A DNA stretch of 64,000 nucleotides from a virus (lineage: Duplodnaviria > Caudoviricetes). Each line of letters starts with the position of its first letter. The first letter of the stretch is position 1. Below are positions 34,838 through 44,346 of this stretch, piece after piece. The stretch is taken from positions 2,440 through 66,439 of IMG/VR virus record IMGVR_UViG_3300032270_001329. One strand, 5' to 3'. The translations under genes were made by a program, and so were the position numbers. Below the pieces are notes generated by a model. It was not told the origin of the DNA. It was given only the letters and a program-made list of their open reading frames with translations, and made no database searches.

Positions 34838-34975
34838 GTGTCTAAGAAATCCTTAAGTGACAACATCCACAAAGAGGCCGCGCCTAAACGTACCTCTGTG
34901 GGTCATGGCCGCCGCAAGCGTGGTTCGTTCTCCGTAAAAGGAGAAAAGAAATACAGGGGGCAGGGAAAAGGATGA
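34838..34975 (+). CDS. 45-aa basic peptide
   Basis: HKEAAPKRTSVGHGRRK...KYRGQGK, a cyanophage-type motif. Confidence 0.55.
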   Translation: MSKKSLSDNIHKEAAPKRTSVGHGRRKRGSFSVKGEKKYRGQGKG

Positions 34976-34991
34976 GTGATGGACCTGGAGG

Positions 34992-35900
34992 ATGTCCCTA
35001 AAAGCCTCACGCACACACACCACTTTGACCGTAATGAACGTTGTTGAACAGGAGCTCTCTGCAGCTCAACGCTTGATTTATGGTAGGCGTCGCATTGTTG
35101 ATGCCCTGTATCAAGATCAGCCTGACAAATTCAAAAGCCTTCAGGCCACTGACATTCAAAGCATTTCTTTAGAAGGTGATTTGATCTGTTGTGATCTTGG
35201 TGAATGCCTACTGTATGTAGAACGGTCTAAAGTAATTAGTAACTTCTGGCAGCATCGGACCAGAACGCCTTCTTACTTCGACTACAAGATCTGGCGCAAT
35301 GGCCTGGTTTCTGGTAATTGGAAAGGAACTCCAATTGCTGCTCTTGATTACAGTCCTTCTCCTGTTCGAACTGCGCTGGAACCCCACCTTGGCCGTCCAC
35401 CTCGCATCGCAACTGATAAAGAAGGGGTTCAAAAACTTTATTTCATCCGTGAAGACGACCATGCATGCAGCTGTCAGTCGTGGTCGCAGCAGGATGAAAA
35501 CAAAGAAGAACTAAAATCTGAATTTGATCGGTTCTCTGACATCGAGTTCAAGCCAGTCTGCAAGCACATGCAGTGGGCAATGGCAAACATCCGTCTGCAG
35601 TCCCTGTCATTTTCTTCTCGGAAATCCAACGACAGCTATAACCCCAGGATTTGCGTGTACCGCTTTGATCATCAGCGCGGTCTGCTTTTTTATCGTCTTA
35701 CTTATGACGGGATAAAAGCTGATGCCCGCTGGTTGCCAGAAGAAACCTGGAAAGAACGCCAAGTTTATGACTCCCGTGGTACAGCAACAGGTGAATGCTG
35801 GGATCTGTTTGAGACAGCCCTCAGTCAGGATCCGCCATTCCGTATGGCTGCTTACTCACAAAGCGTAGCTACAGTCTTGTCTGGCTCGCGTTCCCGGTAA
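34992..35900 (+). CDS. SWIM zinc-finger protein
   Basis: ACSCQSW...CKHMQWA. Confidence 0.7.
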   Translation: MSLKASRTHTTLTVMNVVEQELSAAQRLIYGRRRIVDALYQDQPDKFKSLQATDIQSISLEGDLICCDLGECLLYVERSKVISNFWQHRTRTPSYFDYKIWRNGLVSGNWKGTPIAALDYSPSPVRTALEPHLGRPPRIATDKEGVQKLYFIREDDHACSCQSWSQQDENKEELKSEFDRFSDIEFKPVCKHMQWAMANIRLQSLSFSSRKSNDSYNPRICVYRFDHQRGLLFYRLTYDGIKADARWLPEETWKERQVYDSRGTATGECWDLFETALSQDPPFRMAAYSQSVATVLSGSRSR

Positions 35901-35990
35901 ATGGATTACTACAGCACAGCACTCATCTGGTTTGTTGTTGGTTTGTGCTTTGGGGTCATCCTCTACGAATTTTTCCATCCTCCGTTCTAA
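35901..35990 (+). CDS. 29-aa single-TM peptide
   Basis: MDYYSTALIWFVVGLCFGVILYEFFHPPF, exactly fills the gap. Confidence 0.45.
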   Translation: MDYYSTALIWFVVGLCFGVILYEFFHPPF

Positions 35991-35992
35991 CC

Positions 35993-36589
35993 ATGGCTGA
36001 CAAACTTTCCCTGATTCAAATCTCAGAATCCATCCAGCACATTGGGTTTCTGAAGGATCTGCCTGACATCCCAGAGGATGAGCGGGCCATGCTGGAGCAG
36101 CACCTTCTTGATTTGGCTTCCCGCCAGGAGTCCAAGTTCGATTCCATCATCGGCATGGTCAAGAAGTGCGATGCCTACATCGAGGCATTGGAAGATGAGA
36201 TGGCGGAAATCAAAGCAAATCTTGAGGCTTGGAAAAAGAATCGAGAGAAGATGATTTCCATCATCAAGTTCGCGTACCAGCAGGATCTCATTGGCAACAA
36301 GCCAACGGGCATCAAGTATCAGGCAACGATCCGTAAGGTCAAGCCTCGTCTGGTGGACAACTTTGACCACTGGGAGGACGAGGATCGCGTTGAGTTTGGT
36401 CTACGCAAGACCACAACCATCACGCGCATCAAAGATGAGTCCGTTGTCGAAGTCAAGCAGGAGGAACTGCCTGACAAAGATCGGGTCCGTGATGCCCTCA
36501 CTGCTGATGATGGTTCGGCTCCAATGCAAGCACAACTTGTTCCTGGGTTCTCGTTTGTTTATGAACGCCGCAAGAGGTTGACAACCTGA
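35993..36589 (+). CDS. Siphovirus Gp157-like protein
   Basis: Coiled-coil KFDSIIGMVK..IEALEDEM; PDKDRVRDAL..AQL pattern. Confidence 0.6.
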   Translation: MADKLSLIQISESIQHIGFLKDLPDIPEDERAMLEQHLLDLASRQESKFDSIIGMVKKCDAYIEALEDEMAEIKANLEAWKKNREKMISIIKFAYQQDLIGNKPTGIKYQATIRKVKPRLVDNFDHWEDEDRVEFGLRKTTTITRIKDESVVEVKQEELPDKDRVRDALTADDGSAPMQAQLVPGFSFVYERRKRLTT

Positions 36590-36602
36590 CATAATTAAGT
36601 AC
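36590..36602 (+). promoter_or_regulatory. Putative promoter motif CATAATTAAGTAC, copy 2
   Basis: Identical to 19681-19693; immediately precedes a structured RNA candidate. Confidence 0.55.
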
Positions 36603-36744
36603 AGGGTGCAACAAGGAACGTTGCATTAAACGAAGAGTCCCCTAAGCCGCAACGTAGATCACCGTAGGCGGACACTCTCGCCCTATCCCAAATCTTAATG
36701 TCTTGCTTCCCTGATCCCCCCTAGCCAATCCGGTTCGGGGGGAT
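36603..36744 (+). ncRNA. Candidate small RNA plus downstream hairpin
   Basis: AGGG/CCCT closes two hairpins (36603-36684); ATCCCCCC/GGGGGGAT stem at 36714-36744. Confidence 0.5.
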
Positions 36745-36790
36745 TAATTTTGGATGCACCATTATCGCCATCACCGAGCGATTTCAACCC

Positions 36791-37114
36791 ATGGCTGAGT
36801 ATTACTTTGAGAACTTTGAGTCTTACTCTGATCTTTTTAAGCAGCACGCTTTGTCACTCTCTGAGCTGATGAAGATACTTGATGACGAAATCATTGGTAT
36901 GGGCTTGCCGCCAGTGGGGAGGACCAAGGATCTGTTCCGCATGACCATGGATCTGTCCTTTGCGGTAGACCGCAGCTACCGCGAAAAGCATGAGATTGAA
37001 GATGAGTTCAAGTTCACCACTTACTTGGGCAAAGAAGACACCGTTGAAGCAATGAAGACGGTTCTACGGGAAGAGTTTCAACGCTTTATGGAAACCCAAG
37101 ATGCAGACCAATGA
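36791..37114 (+). CDS. Hypothetical protein
   Basis: 107 aa acidic helical. Confidence 0.65.
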   Translation: MAEYYFENFESYSDLFKQHALSLSELMKILDDEIIGMGLPPVGRTKDLFRMTMDLSFAVDRSYREKHEIEDEFKFTTYLGKEDTVEAMKTVLREEFQRFMETQDADQ

Positions 37115-37313
37115 ATTCGAGGTCAACGGCAACACCGAGCGCTGGACAATTCCTATTGATGAGGAGGGTGTTCTCACTCTCCCCGATGAACTCCTCGAAA
37201 AACTGGGGTGGCAAGAGGATGACGTTTTGGAGTTCATTGATAAAGAAGATGGTTCCTTTTACATCGTGAAAGTCAATGGCACTGCAGAACCTGAGGGAGA
37301 AGCTGATTCGTAG
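37101..37313 (+). CDS. AbrB/MazE/SpoVT-like protein
   Basis: GVLTLPDELLEKLGWQEDDVLEF. Confidence 0.75.
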   Translation: MQTNEFEVNGNTERWTIPIDEEGVLTLPDELLEKLGWQEDDVLEFIDKEDGSFYIVKVNGTAEPEGEADS

Positions 37314-37458
37314 GCTCGGCGTTAATTACGTCGCCTACATGGGTCAAGAAGGCCGCAGCAAGGATTGGCTGGAGGGTTACTTCCAAGCCAAAAAAGATGC
37401 TGAGAACTTCATGGATCAACTCAGAATCTACGAGCCTTATTTTGATGAAACTCTCTGA
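37276..37458 (+). CDS. Hypothetical protein
   Basis: 60 aa, overlapping its neighbours. Confidence 0.5.
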   Translation: MALQNLREKLIRRLGVNYVAYMGQEGRSKDWLEGYFQAKKDAENFMDQLRIYEPYFDETL

Positions 37459-37855
37459 GTTCATGCACCTGCTGCAGCGGTATCACGATCTCTATCCAGG
37501 CATTGACCCGGAGGTGATCATGACCGCTGTTGATTACTGTCCCAGTGACAAGAACAAGGCGAATCCTGAGTACAGCTGTCACACCTGTGACATCAAGCTG
37601 TTTGAAACCAGGGCTCTTGTTCACATCCCGTCAGATTCCTTGTTCTCTGAAAGGGGTCCCTATCTTAATATCTTCTATGAGAAAGAATTTATTGACAAGA
37701 TAGAGGATTTCTGGAAAAACAACTACTTCCAACAACATGGACAAAAGCAAACTGGATCTGCTCATTCAGGAAGCTGCCCGCCAGCAGCAACAGGAACTGA
37801 GCTGGGTGGGCAACCTGTACCGCCAGAGGCTCAAGGAGCTCCAGAAGTCCAATGA
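37445..37855 (+). CDS. Hypothetical protein
   Basis: MKLSEFMHLL...IDPEV; tail overlaps the next ORF. Confidence 0.55.
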   Translation: MKLSEFMHLLQRYHDLYPGIDPEVIMTAVDYCPSDKNKANPEYSCHTCDIKLFETRALVHIPSDSLFSERGPYLNIFYEKEFIDKIEDFWKNNYFQQHGQKQTGSAHSGSCPPAATGTELGGQPVPPEAQGAPEVQ

Positions 37856-37919
37856 GAAGTACACGCAATGGTTGAACAACAGTGAAGCTCAGGGCACACG
37901 CGGATCAGAAACAACCTGA
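37737..37919 (+). CDS. Coiled-coil small protein
   Basis: 60 aa. Confidence 0.5.
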   Translation: MDKSKLDLLIQEAARQQQQELSWVGNLYRQRLKELQKSNEKYTQWLNNSEAQGTRGSETT

Positions 37920-38172
37920 TTGGGTCTGCCGCGATTGCGGTGGTAAGTGGGGACTTTGGTGGGACGGTGGTCGCTACTACGGTCCCCCAGCCCACTGCTC
38001 CACTTATCACTACGGGACCTGTGGTGTTTGTGGTGCAAAAACAGGTGTGACAGAAGCCCGTGATTATGGTTACTTGAGAGAAGGGTGGCAGAAATATTTA
38101 GAGTCTGTACATTTGGAGGGTTCTAATCAACCTCCCAATGAAGGATCCACGCAAACTGAGGTACAAGGGTAA
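37882..38172 (+). CDS. Zinc-finger small protein
   Basis: CRDCG...GTCGVCG..VTEARDYG. Confidence 0.6.
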   Translation: MKLRAHADQKQPDWVCRDCGGKWGLWWDGGRYYGPPAHCSTYHYGTCGVCGAKTGVTEARDYGYLREGWQKYLESVHLEGSNQPPNEGSTQTEVQG

Positions 38173-38398
38173 ACCGTCGGAGATCCTGCCTTCCATCGAG
38201 TACCAGGGGTATGAGATCAAGGTGCTCAAGCACGGGAACACCGGTCACACCTTGTACCGTGCCCCGCGTTCTGAGGACCTTGAACCCTGTTGGTTCATGG
38301 ACTTGGAGACCGCTAAGAAAGGGGTCCACAAGCTGCTGCAAACCGAAACAGTACAAGAGTTAAGCACTTTAGAATCAATTCTGGAGTCTTCTAAATAA
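38138..38398 (+). CDS. Hypothetical protein
   Basis: 86 aa. Confidence 0.55.
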   Translation: MKDPRKLRYKGKPSEILPSIEYQGYEIKVLKHGNTGHTLYRAPRSEDLEPCWFMDLETAKKGVHKLLQTETVQELSTLESILESSK

Positions 38399-38411
38399 GG
38401 AACATAACCAG

Positions 38412-38672
38412 GTGGCACGCCCAGTCATGACAGATTTGATGGATGATCTTGCTTGGAACATCCACGAGTACCTCATGAATGAAGCCACCCCATTCAAAGG
38501 GGGTCACCTGGTTCTTATTCCCATCACAGCAATCGTTAAAAAGTTCCAAAGGAACCACAGGACCATTGCCCGTCGGCTAACAGCCCTGAAGGATGAGGGG
38601 TTGCTCGTTCCTCTTATTAAGAAGGATTACACCACCTTGTATTGGATCAAGGAACAAGAGGACGACCAATGA
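38412..38672 (+). CDS. Winged-HTH protein
   Basis: ITAIVKKFQRNHRTIARRLTALKDEGLL. Confidence 0.65.
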   Translation: MARPVMTDLMDDLAWNIHEYLMNEATPFKGGHLVLIPITAIVKKFQRNHRTIARRLTALKDEGLLVPLIKKDYTTLYWIKEQEDDQ

Positions 38673-38974
38673 CAGACGGACCCAAGGACTCAGCTTCTGT
38701 GCAGGACCTGGTGTGGTTGCTCAGCTCCTTCACGGACAACGGCAGGTCTCTGCGTTCCTTCATCAACCACCCGCAAGAGCTGGGGATCTGCGTGCTGACC
38801 GCTGGTTTGCTGGCAAACAGCAAGCTGATGATCAGCCCAGAGGATGCCGTCAAGAGTTCGTTTGACATCTACAAGCGGATTCAAGAGCATGTGGCCAAGT
38901 ACCAGTCGATGACCTTTGCCTCGAACATCGAGAACATTTTCTCGGATCGGGCGCCAGAGGTCGACGGGGACTGA
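38669..38974 (+). CDS. Hypothetical protein
   Basis: ATGA-coupled, 101 aa. Confidence 0.6.
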   Translation: MTDGPKDSASVQDLVWLLSSFTDNGRSLRSFINHPQELGICVLTAGLLANSKLMISPEDAVKSSFDIYKRIQEHVAKYQSMTFASNIENIFSDRAPEVDGD

Positions 38975-39028
38975 TTTGTTGCGCTTCTGTAGATAGCCGC
39001 TAAGTTGCGGCATCTTGTGGCGCCATCC

Positions 39029-39949
39029 ATGCCTGCAGTTCTGGATGAAATTCCGGCAGTTGTTCTGCTGAAAGAAGAGCTGGAGCGCAAAATTTATACG
39101 CCGTACTCTAAAACTGCATCGCACTTGCAGTTTTTGGATTACCGCAGCGACGGCGACACGCGCTTAACCATTAACGGAAGTCGGCATTACAAGACTCCCT
39201 ATGGTGCGCTCCCTTCTGTCACCACCATTCTTTCTGCAACCAGCGGCAACAAGGCTGCACTTGAACGGTGGGCTAAGAAGAATCCAGGTGGAAGGGAGGC
39301 CGCAGCTGCACGCGGTACCAGGGTTCACTCCTTGATGGAGGAGTACCTGCTTGGCATCAACAAAAATCCTGTCATTGATGATGAGGAGATTGCCGAGTTC
39401 TGGAGTGGTCTTCCTGAAAAGCTCGACAAGTTGGATCGGATTGTGTGGGCTGAGAACCCCGCCAACCCCGATGACTTTGCCTGGACCATGGGTGGTGATG
39501 GCATCAGCCGCGTCTGGCATCCTGGGACCCATGAGACTGAGACGTGGGGCTGGGCCGGCGCCCCAGACATCGTGGCGGAATACAAAGGCAAGGTTGTGCT
39601 CGGGGATCTAAAAACCAGTAACGGGCTTTACTACAGCCGCTGGCCTGGTCCTGAGACACTGAAGTCGGAGTACGGGATGAAGCGGGCTGGCTTCATGAAA
39701 TACCAAAAATGCATGATGCAGATGGGCGCTTACGCCATGGCCCTGGAGCACACAGTCGGCATCGTCCCAGAAATCTTAATGATTTTTGTGGCTACCAGGG
39801 AGCGGTCCCAGGTGTTCGCGGTGCAGAGCGGCACCATCGAGAAGTACAAAAACAAGTGGCTGGATGCCGTCAGCAAGTATTACTCCGAGATTCTTCCGTC
39901 TCTCAATAAGACTGAAATTGACATGGAAGTTATTGATGGGGACGGTTGA
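39029..39949 (+). CDS. PD-(D/E)XK exonuclease
   Basis: PSVTTIL, RGTRVH, GAPD..DLKTS, QMGAYAMAL. Confidence 0.85.
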   Translation: MPAVLDEIPAVVLLKEELERKIYTPYSKTASHLQFLDYRSDGDTRLTINGSRHYKTPYGALPSVTTILSATSGNKAALERWAKKNPGGREAAAARGTRVHSLMEEYLLGINKNPVIDDEEIAEFWSGLPEKLDKLDRIVWAENPANPDDFAWTMGGDGISRVWHPGTHETETWGWAGAPDIVAEYKGKVVLGDLKTSNGLYYSRWPGPETLKSEYGMKRAGFMKYQKCMMQMGAYAMALEHTVGIVPEILMIFVATRERSQVFAVQSGTIEKYKNKWLDAVSKYYSEILPSLNKTEIDMEVIDGDG

Positions 39950-40069
39950 GTACAGGGTTCTTCCCCGTACATTGGAAGAAATGGAAACGACAGGTTTTCT
40001 TCCGGGTCCGCCCCAAATTTGGTGGCTACCTTAGCCCTGTCCTTGCCCTGCTGACGACCATAACTGAAC

Positions 40070-42712
40070 GTGACGACTGCTGCTCCAACCCCACCCCGTA
40101 AATCACTTGCGCCAGGTGAGATCCGTCTGGATTACCTGCCCGTTGATTTCCCCTTAACCCCCTTAAAGGGTAAAAAAGCGTACCTCCCAGGTTGGACCAG
40201 TAATTCTCAAACTGTTAGTCAGGTCAAAAAGGAGCTTGATGAGGGTCGGGCCACGGGTGTTGGCCTGCTGTGCGGCCAGTGGAGCAATGAACTGGCGCTC
40301 ATCTTTGTTGACATTGATGGGGCAGACGCCATCCCCGAGATCGAGAAGCTCGGTGGCGGTCCCCTCAGTGAAATCTTCCCCCGCACCCTGACCATCTCCA
40401 GTGGCAAGGAGGGGAAGCTGCGGATGCTCTTCCGTGTTCCGCCGGAGAAGGTGGACAGCCTGCCCGACAAGGCAACCCTCAAAGTTGACAAGCATCCATG
40501 GGAGATTCTCTGGAGGTCCCGTCAAGGTGCCCTGATGGGTGCTCACCCTGATACAGAGGGTTACAGGACAACCGATCACGGCGGCTTTGAGTACGCCAAA
40601 GATCTGCCCGAGATGCCGCAATGGTTGTATGACGCCATTGAAAAGGCTTATCCCCACAGCCGTTACCGCCGTAAGTCGAGGAGCACCGGCCCCCTGATCA
40701 CCCAAAGCATCACCATCAACTACGACGAGGATTCGCAGTTTGCCCTCGAATCGTCGATGCATGAGGCGGTCCAGTACCTGGAGGCGCTCAATCCCTCCCG
40801 CGCTGACAGCTATGAGGACTGGATTGCAGTGGGCATGTCCCTGCACCAGATTGCCGACGAGATGCTGCCAGCCTGGGTTGACTGGTCCTCTCAATCCTCT
40901 GCATTTGAGCAAGGCGTCTGCGAAGACAAGTGGGCCAATTTTGAGCGGCTGCCAGGTGGTCCCAACCCTGATGAAGGTCGAGGGCTTAAAACCCTGCGTG
41001 CCATGGCCAGGGAGGATGGTTACGTCGACTTTGGCGGCTTCACGGTTCCAACCGCTGATTCGGTAGCGAAACGAATCGGTGATGAGCAGGGCGGATTCTC
41101 TGTTGCCGCAGATGGTCTGAAGGAATTCTTTGAGCAGTTTGGTCGTCCCGTCGGCATTGATGACGGTGACGATGATGAAGAGGATACCAGCGATGTTGAG
41201 GGCGCCATTGGGATGCTGCTCAACCCGTTCGGTAAAAAGCGTGATCGGGATCGCGCCAGGAGTCAAGGTGATGACAAGGGCAAAGGGCGAACCCCTCCCG
41301 CGTCGGAGGTTTGTCTGGCGATCCAGGATGAATGCCTGGAGCTGTGGCGTTACGATGCCCGCTATGACAGCTTCCTTTTCTATGAGGCCAGCATCGGGAT
41401 CTGGCGGATGGAGAATCACCGCAAGGAGTTTCACCATTACGTCCAGTGCCTGATCAATGACCTCAGCAGCGTCAATGGCTACAGCAACAACTACGTTTCT
41501 GATGTCTGCTCACTGCTGGAAGGGCACCTCATTGAGCTGAAGTGGAAGGATACGGACCACCTCCTGGCCTTTAGGAATGGTGTTCTGGACCTGCGCCACG
41601 GGGACTTTTTTGATCACAGCAAAGACCACTACATCACCTGGGGACTGGACTTTGACTACAATCAGGACTGCGCTGCTAGCCCTATTACTGAGTGGCTGTA
41701 CCGCACCCAATATGGAGACGAAGCCCGAGTTAATGTGCTCCGGGCATGGCTGCGGGCCTGTCTGGTCGGGCGTGGAAACGAGATCCAGCGATTCCTGGAG
41801 GTTATTGGGCCTGGTGGACGCGGTAAATCCACCTTTGCCAACCTCTGCTGTGCTCTCGTTGGCATCGGTAATTACGCAAGCACTACCCTGAACCAGCTGG
41901 AGCAGAGCCGCTTTGAGCTGGCCTCCATCAAGGGCAAGCGTTTGACGCTGATCAACGACTCGGAACGTTATGGCGGCTCCGCTCAGGTCTTTAAGGCATT
42001 GACCGGTGGTGACAACCTCCGCTATGAAGAAAAAATGAAGAGCATTGGTGACCCCTTTGTCTACAACGGCATGGTCATGGTGGTCGCTAACGAGCCAATT
42101 CAGACCACGGATAACACCAGTGGCCTGAGCCGTCGTCGCCTCACGGTTGAATTCAACCGCAAGCTGTACGAGAAGAATTCGGAAGCAAAAGATATGATTA
42201 AAATCGACAAAGGCCACATAAGTGGTTTATGGAAGGATTATTTACCCGGCTTGGTGAACTGGGTCCTTGCCATGACGGAAGAAGAAATGCGCCAATACCT
42301 GCTGGATACCAATGAAATGGTGCCGGCGCTGCGTAAGGTGCGTAACAACATCCTCCTCAACAGCAACAACCTGGTGGAGTGGCTGCAGTCTGAAATCGTG
42401 GTAGCCGATGAGTCTGTTGTTGGTGTCGGCAAAAAAATTCCAGCTGCCAAGGACAGCGGCGAGCGGTACAACAACAGCAAATACCACCTCTACCCCAGCT
42501 ACTGCTCCTACTGTGAAGACACAGGTTCAAAGCCAGTGGGGCAGAAGCGGTTTATTGCACTGCTGCTTGATTGCTGCAAGAACCAACTGGATCTTCCCAG
42601 CATCCGGACCTTCACGAAAGGTGGTAAACCTTTCATCAAGGGCTTAGCAATCCGCAGTTCTGATGCTAAGTATGAGAAGTATCAGACGATCCTGCCGGAG
42701 GGGAACGACTAG
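40070..42712 (+). CDS. Primase-polymerase / PriCT-2 / D5-like SF3 helicase
   Basis: Prim-Pol FVDIDG and GAHP; YEDWIAVGMSLH; Walker A GPGGRGKST; FKALTGGD. Confidence 0.92.
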   Translation: MTTAAPTPPRKSLAPGEIRLDYLPVDFPLTPLKGKKAYLPGWTSNSQTVSQVKKELDEGRATGVGLLCGQWSNELALIFVDIDGADAIPEIEKLGGGPLSEIFPRTLTISSGKEGKLRMLFRVPPEKVDSLPDKATLKVDKHPWEILWRSRQGALMGAHPDTEGYRTTDHGGFEYAKDLPEMPQWLYDAIEKAYPHSRYRRKSRSTGPLITQSITINYDEDSQFALESSMHEAVQYLEALNPSRADSYEDWIAVGMSLHQIADEMLPAWVDWSSQSSAFEQGVCEDKWANFERLPGGPNPDEGRGLKTLRAMAREDGYVDFGGFTVPTADSVAKRIGDEQGGFSVAADGLKEFFEQFGRPVGIDDGDDDEEDTSDVEGAIGMLLNPFGKKRDRDRARSQGDDKGKGRTPPASEVCLAIQDECLELWRYDARYDSFLFYEASIGIWRMENHRKEFHHYVQCLINDLSSVNGYSNNYVSDVCSLLEGHLIELKWKDTDHLLAFRNGVLDLRHGDFFDHSKDHYITWGLDFDYNQDCAASPITEWLYRTQYGDEARVNVLRAWLRACLVGRGNEIQRFLEVIGPGGRGKSTFANLCCALVGIGNYASTTLNQLEQSRFELASIKGKRLTLINDSERYGGSAQVFKALTGGDNLRYEEKMKSIGDPFVYNGMVMVVANEPIQTTDNTSGLSRRRLTVEFNRKLYEKNSEAKDMIKIDKGHISGLWKDYLPGLVNWVLAMTEEEMRQYLLDTNEMVPALRKVRNNILLNSNNLVEWLQSEIVVADESVVGVGKKIPAAKDSGERYNNSKYHLYPSYCSYCEDTGSKPVGQKRFIALLLDCCKNQLDLPSIRTFTKGGKPFIKGLAIRSSDAKYEKYQTILPEGND

Positions 42713-42758
42713 ACAACTTCAAATCTGAATCAAATTAGAAGTTGTCTAGAGAGTAGGA

Positions 42759-43169
42759 CTACGCTGCGTCGAGAGCAGACTTGATCTCCTCAGGAGTTGT
42801 TGCGCCTTCAATCACATCCTGAATCAAGGCGTATTTGTTGCGGATCAACTGACGACCTGCCTCTGCTGCAACCATGTCCATGCCAGGCAGTTGCAGGGAG
42901 ATGACCCGATCAAGTGGGGCAAACTCCTCAGCGCGTTGTTGGCGGCGAATCTGATGGCCGATCTCTTTGCATTTATCGAGGTCGTGCTCCACGCAGCAAT
43001 CGCCCATCACCCACGCATTGCGGAAGTAGCGGTCGCTGGGGATGGCGTCAACGTCCACGATCTCGTAGGGCACGCCTTCGGGCACATCCTTGAGAGCCAG
43101 TTCGACGGACTCGGTTGGGATGATGATGGAGACTCCGCCGGTCTCGTTTTGGTAGATGATTCGTTTCAT
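42759..43169 (-). CDS. Tail fibre assembly-like protein
   Basis: KDVPEGVPYEIVD..PSDRYFRNAW pattern; follows a fibre gene. Confidence 0.65.
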   Translation of the reverse strand: MKRIIYQNETGGVSIIIPTESVELALKDVPEGVPYEIVDVDAIPSDRYFRNAWVMGDCCVEHDLDKCKEIGHQIRRQQRAEEFAPLDRVISLQLPGMDMVAAEAGRQLIRNKYALIQDVIEGATTPEEIKSALDAA

Positions 43170-43175
43170 GATGGG

Positions 43176-43811
43176 TTAGCGGAAGACAGCGACGTTAACT
43201 TGGGGAGCGTCTGCGCCTGTGTAAAAACGAACCGCGCTGGTTGTTCTTGCTGTTAAATCTTCAGCGGTTCTATTGAATCCCGCGTTTGCAGCGCCACCAG
43301 CGGTTGCTGCTACTGCATAGTTTGCATCTGCCATCGCCGTCGTGAAGTTCACAGTGTAATCTGTCGCCCCGTTATCCGTAATGCTGCTCACGTTATAACT
43401 GGCGCGGATCGCCACGGTGCTAGTGCCGTTGAAGTTCACCCACGCCTTACAAAGTTGACCGCCAATAACCGCAGGGGTGACGATCTTACTGGCGCTGTAG
43501 AAGGTAACCGGATCGCTGCTCAGTGTGGCGTTGGCGTTGGCGCTGAGTGTGACGGTTGTGCTGACAATGCTGCTGACTGTGGTGCCAGGTGTGATGCCTT
43601 CACCGACCACATACATTCCCGATGTAATTCCTGAGGCAGAAGCCACTGTCAAGCTTGTGGTTCCAGAAGTAATTGTTCCAGTGGTCGTAGTTCCGTTAAC
43701 TTCACTAGTAGAAGCTAAAACACCTCCAGCAACAGTAGAAGCTGTTAACTGTCCAAAGGTAACATCTTGCGCAGATGTACCAGAAATTAATTGGGCCTTT
43801 GTCTGACTCAT
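43176..43811 (-). CDS. Short tail fibre / receptor-binding-like protein
   Basis: T/S-rich; KAWVNFNGT..IRASYNVSSITDNGATDYTVNFTTAMADANYAV. Confidence 0.7.
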   Translation of the reverse strand: MSQTKAQLISGTSAQDVTFGQLTASTVAGGVLASTSEVNGTTTTGTITSGTTSLTVASASGITSGMYVVGEGITPGTTVSSIVSTTVTLSANANATLSSDPVTFYSASKIVTPAVIGGQLCKAWVNFNGTSTVAIRASYNVSSITDNGATDYTVNFTTAMADANYAVAATAGGAANAGFNRTAEDLTARTTSAVRFYTGADAPQVNVAVFR

Positions 43812-43993
43812 TGTTTTACATCCTTATCACTCATTTTACAAGAGCAAGACTCACACTGAATACAAGATTTCTTTGTCCACGTTCTATCGCCAGGGATAAC
43901 TTCAGTTCCGTATTCGAAGTCATCGTAGTCTTGTTGATTTCTTAACCAACTTGCAAACTCTTCAAGGTACTTTTTGATGAGTTGCGTTGGCAT
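43808..43993 (-). CDS. Hypothetical protein
   Basis: 61 aa, terminal CIQCESCSC. Confidence 0.5.
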   Translation of the reverse strand: MPTQLIKKYLEEFASWLRNQQDYDDFEYGTEVIPGDRTWTKKSCIQCESCSCKMSDKDVKQ

Positions 43994-43995
43994 GA

Positions 43996-44346
43996 TCAGA
44001 CGGAACCAAATCCGTACTTGGCTCGAACACCCTCTATTCTACGCATGATGTCAGCAGGAACAGGGCGGTTGGGTGGATTCCTTTGATCAAGGCGGCCACG
44101 GACATAGTCGCTGAACTCCTCTTGGCTCATGGGGAAGATTGGATCTTCTCCGACAGGGATGCCACGGGCAATGTATTGATTTAAGAATTGAGCTGTCTCC
44201 GCTTGTTTGGCGGGAGTAGGACGCTGGAAACCTTCCGGCGGCGGTCCATACTTCTCTTTGCTTTCATCTGGACGCTTGTACACGTCTCGAGGGCCAGCTG
44301 GATTGGAGGTCTCAATCGCAACTGGGAAGTCGTTGTCCATCATCAT
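43996..44346 (-). CDS. Hypothetical protein
   Basis: 116 aa Pro-rich, coupled to neighbours. Confidence 0.55.
   Translation of the reverse strand: MMMDNDFPVAIETSNPAGPRDVYKRPDESKEKYGPPPEGFQRPTPAKQAETAQFLNQYIARGIPVGEDPIFPMSQEEFSDYVRGRLDQRNPPNRPVPADIMRRIEGVRAKYGFGSV

Noticed and set aside
36578-36583. TTGACA as the -35 of the 36590 promoter
   Set aside because: Only 6 nt from the -10-like hexamer.
36603-36684. c-di-GMP-I riboswitch or pistol ribozyme
   Set aside because: Only partial resemblance (CCUAA/UAGG; UUAAA after a hairpin); the GCAAA/GGGACG core and the pistol pseudoknot complement are missing.
40163-42217. 424-aa and 235-aa minus-strand ORFs
   Set aside because: Shadows of the primase-helicase.
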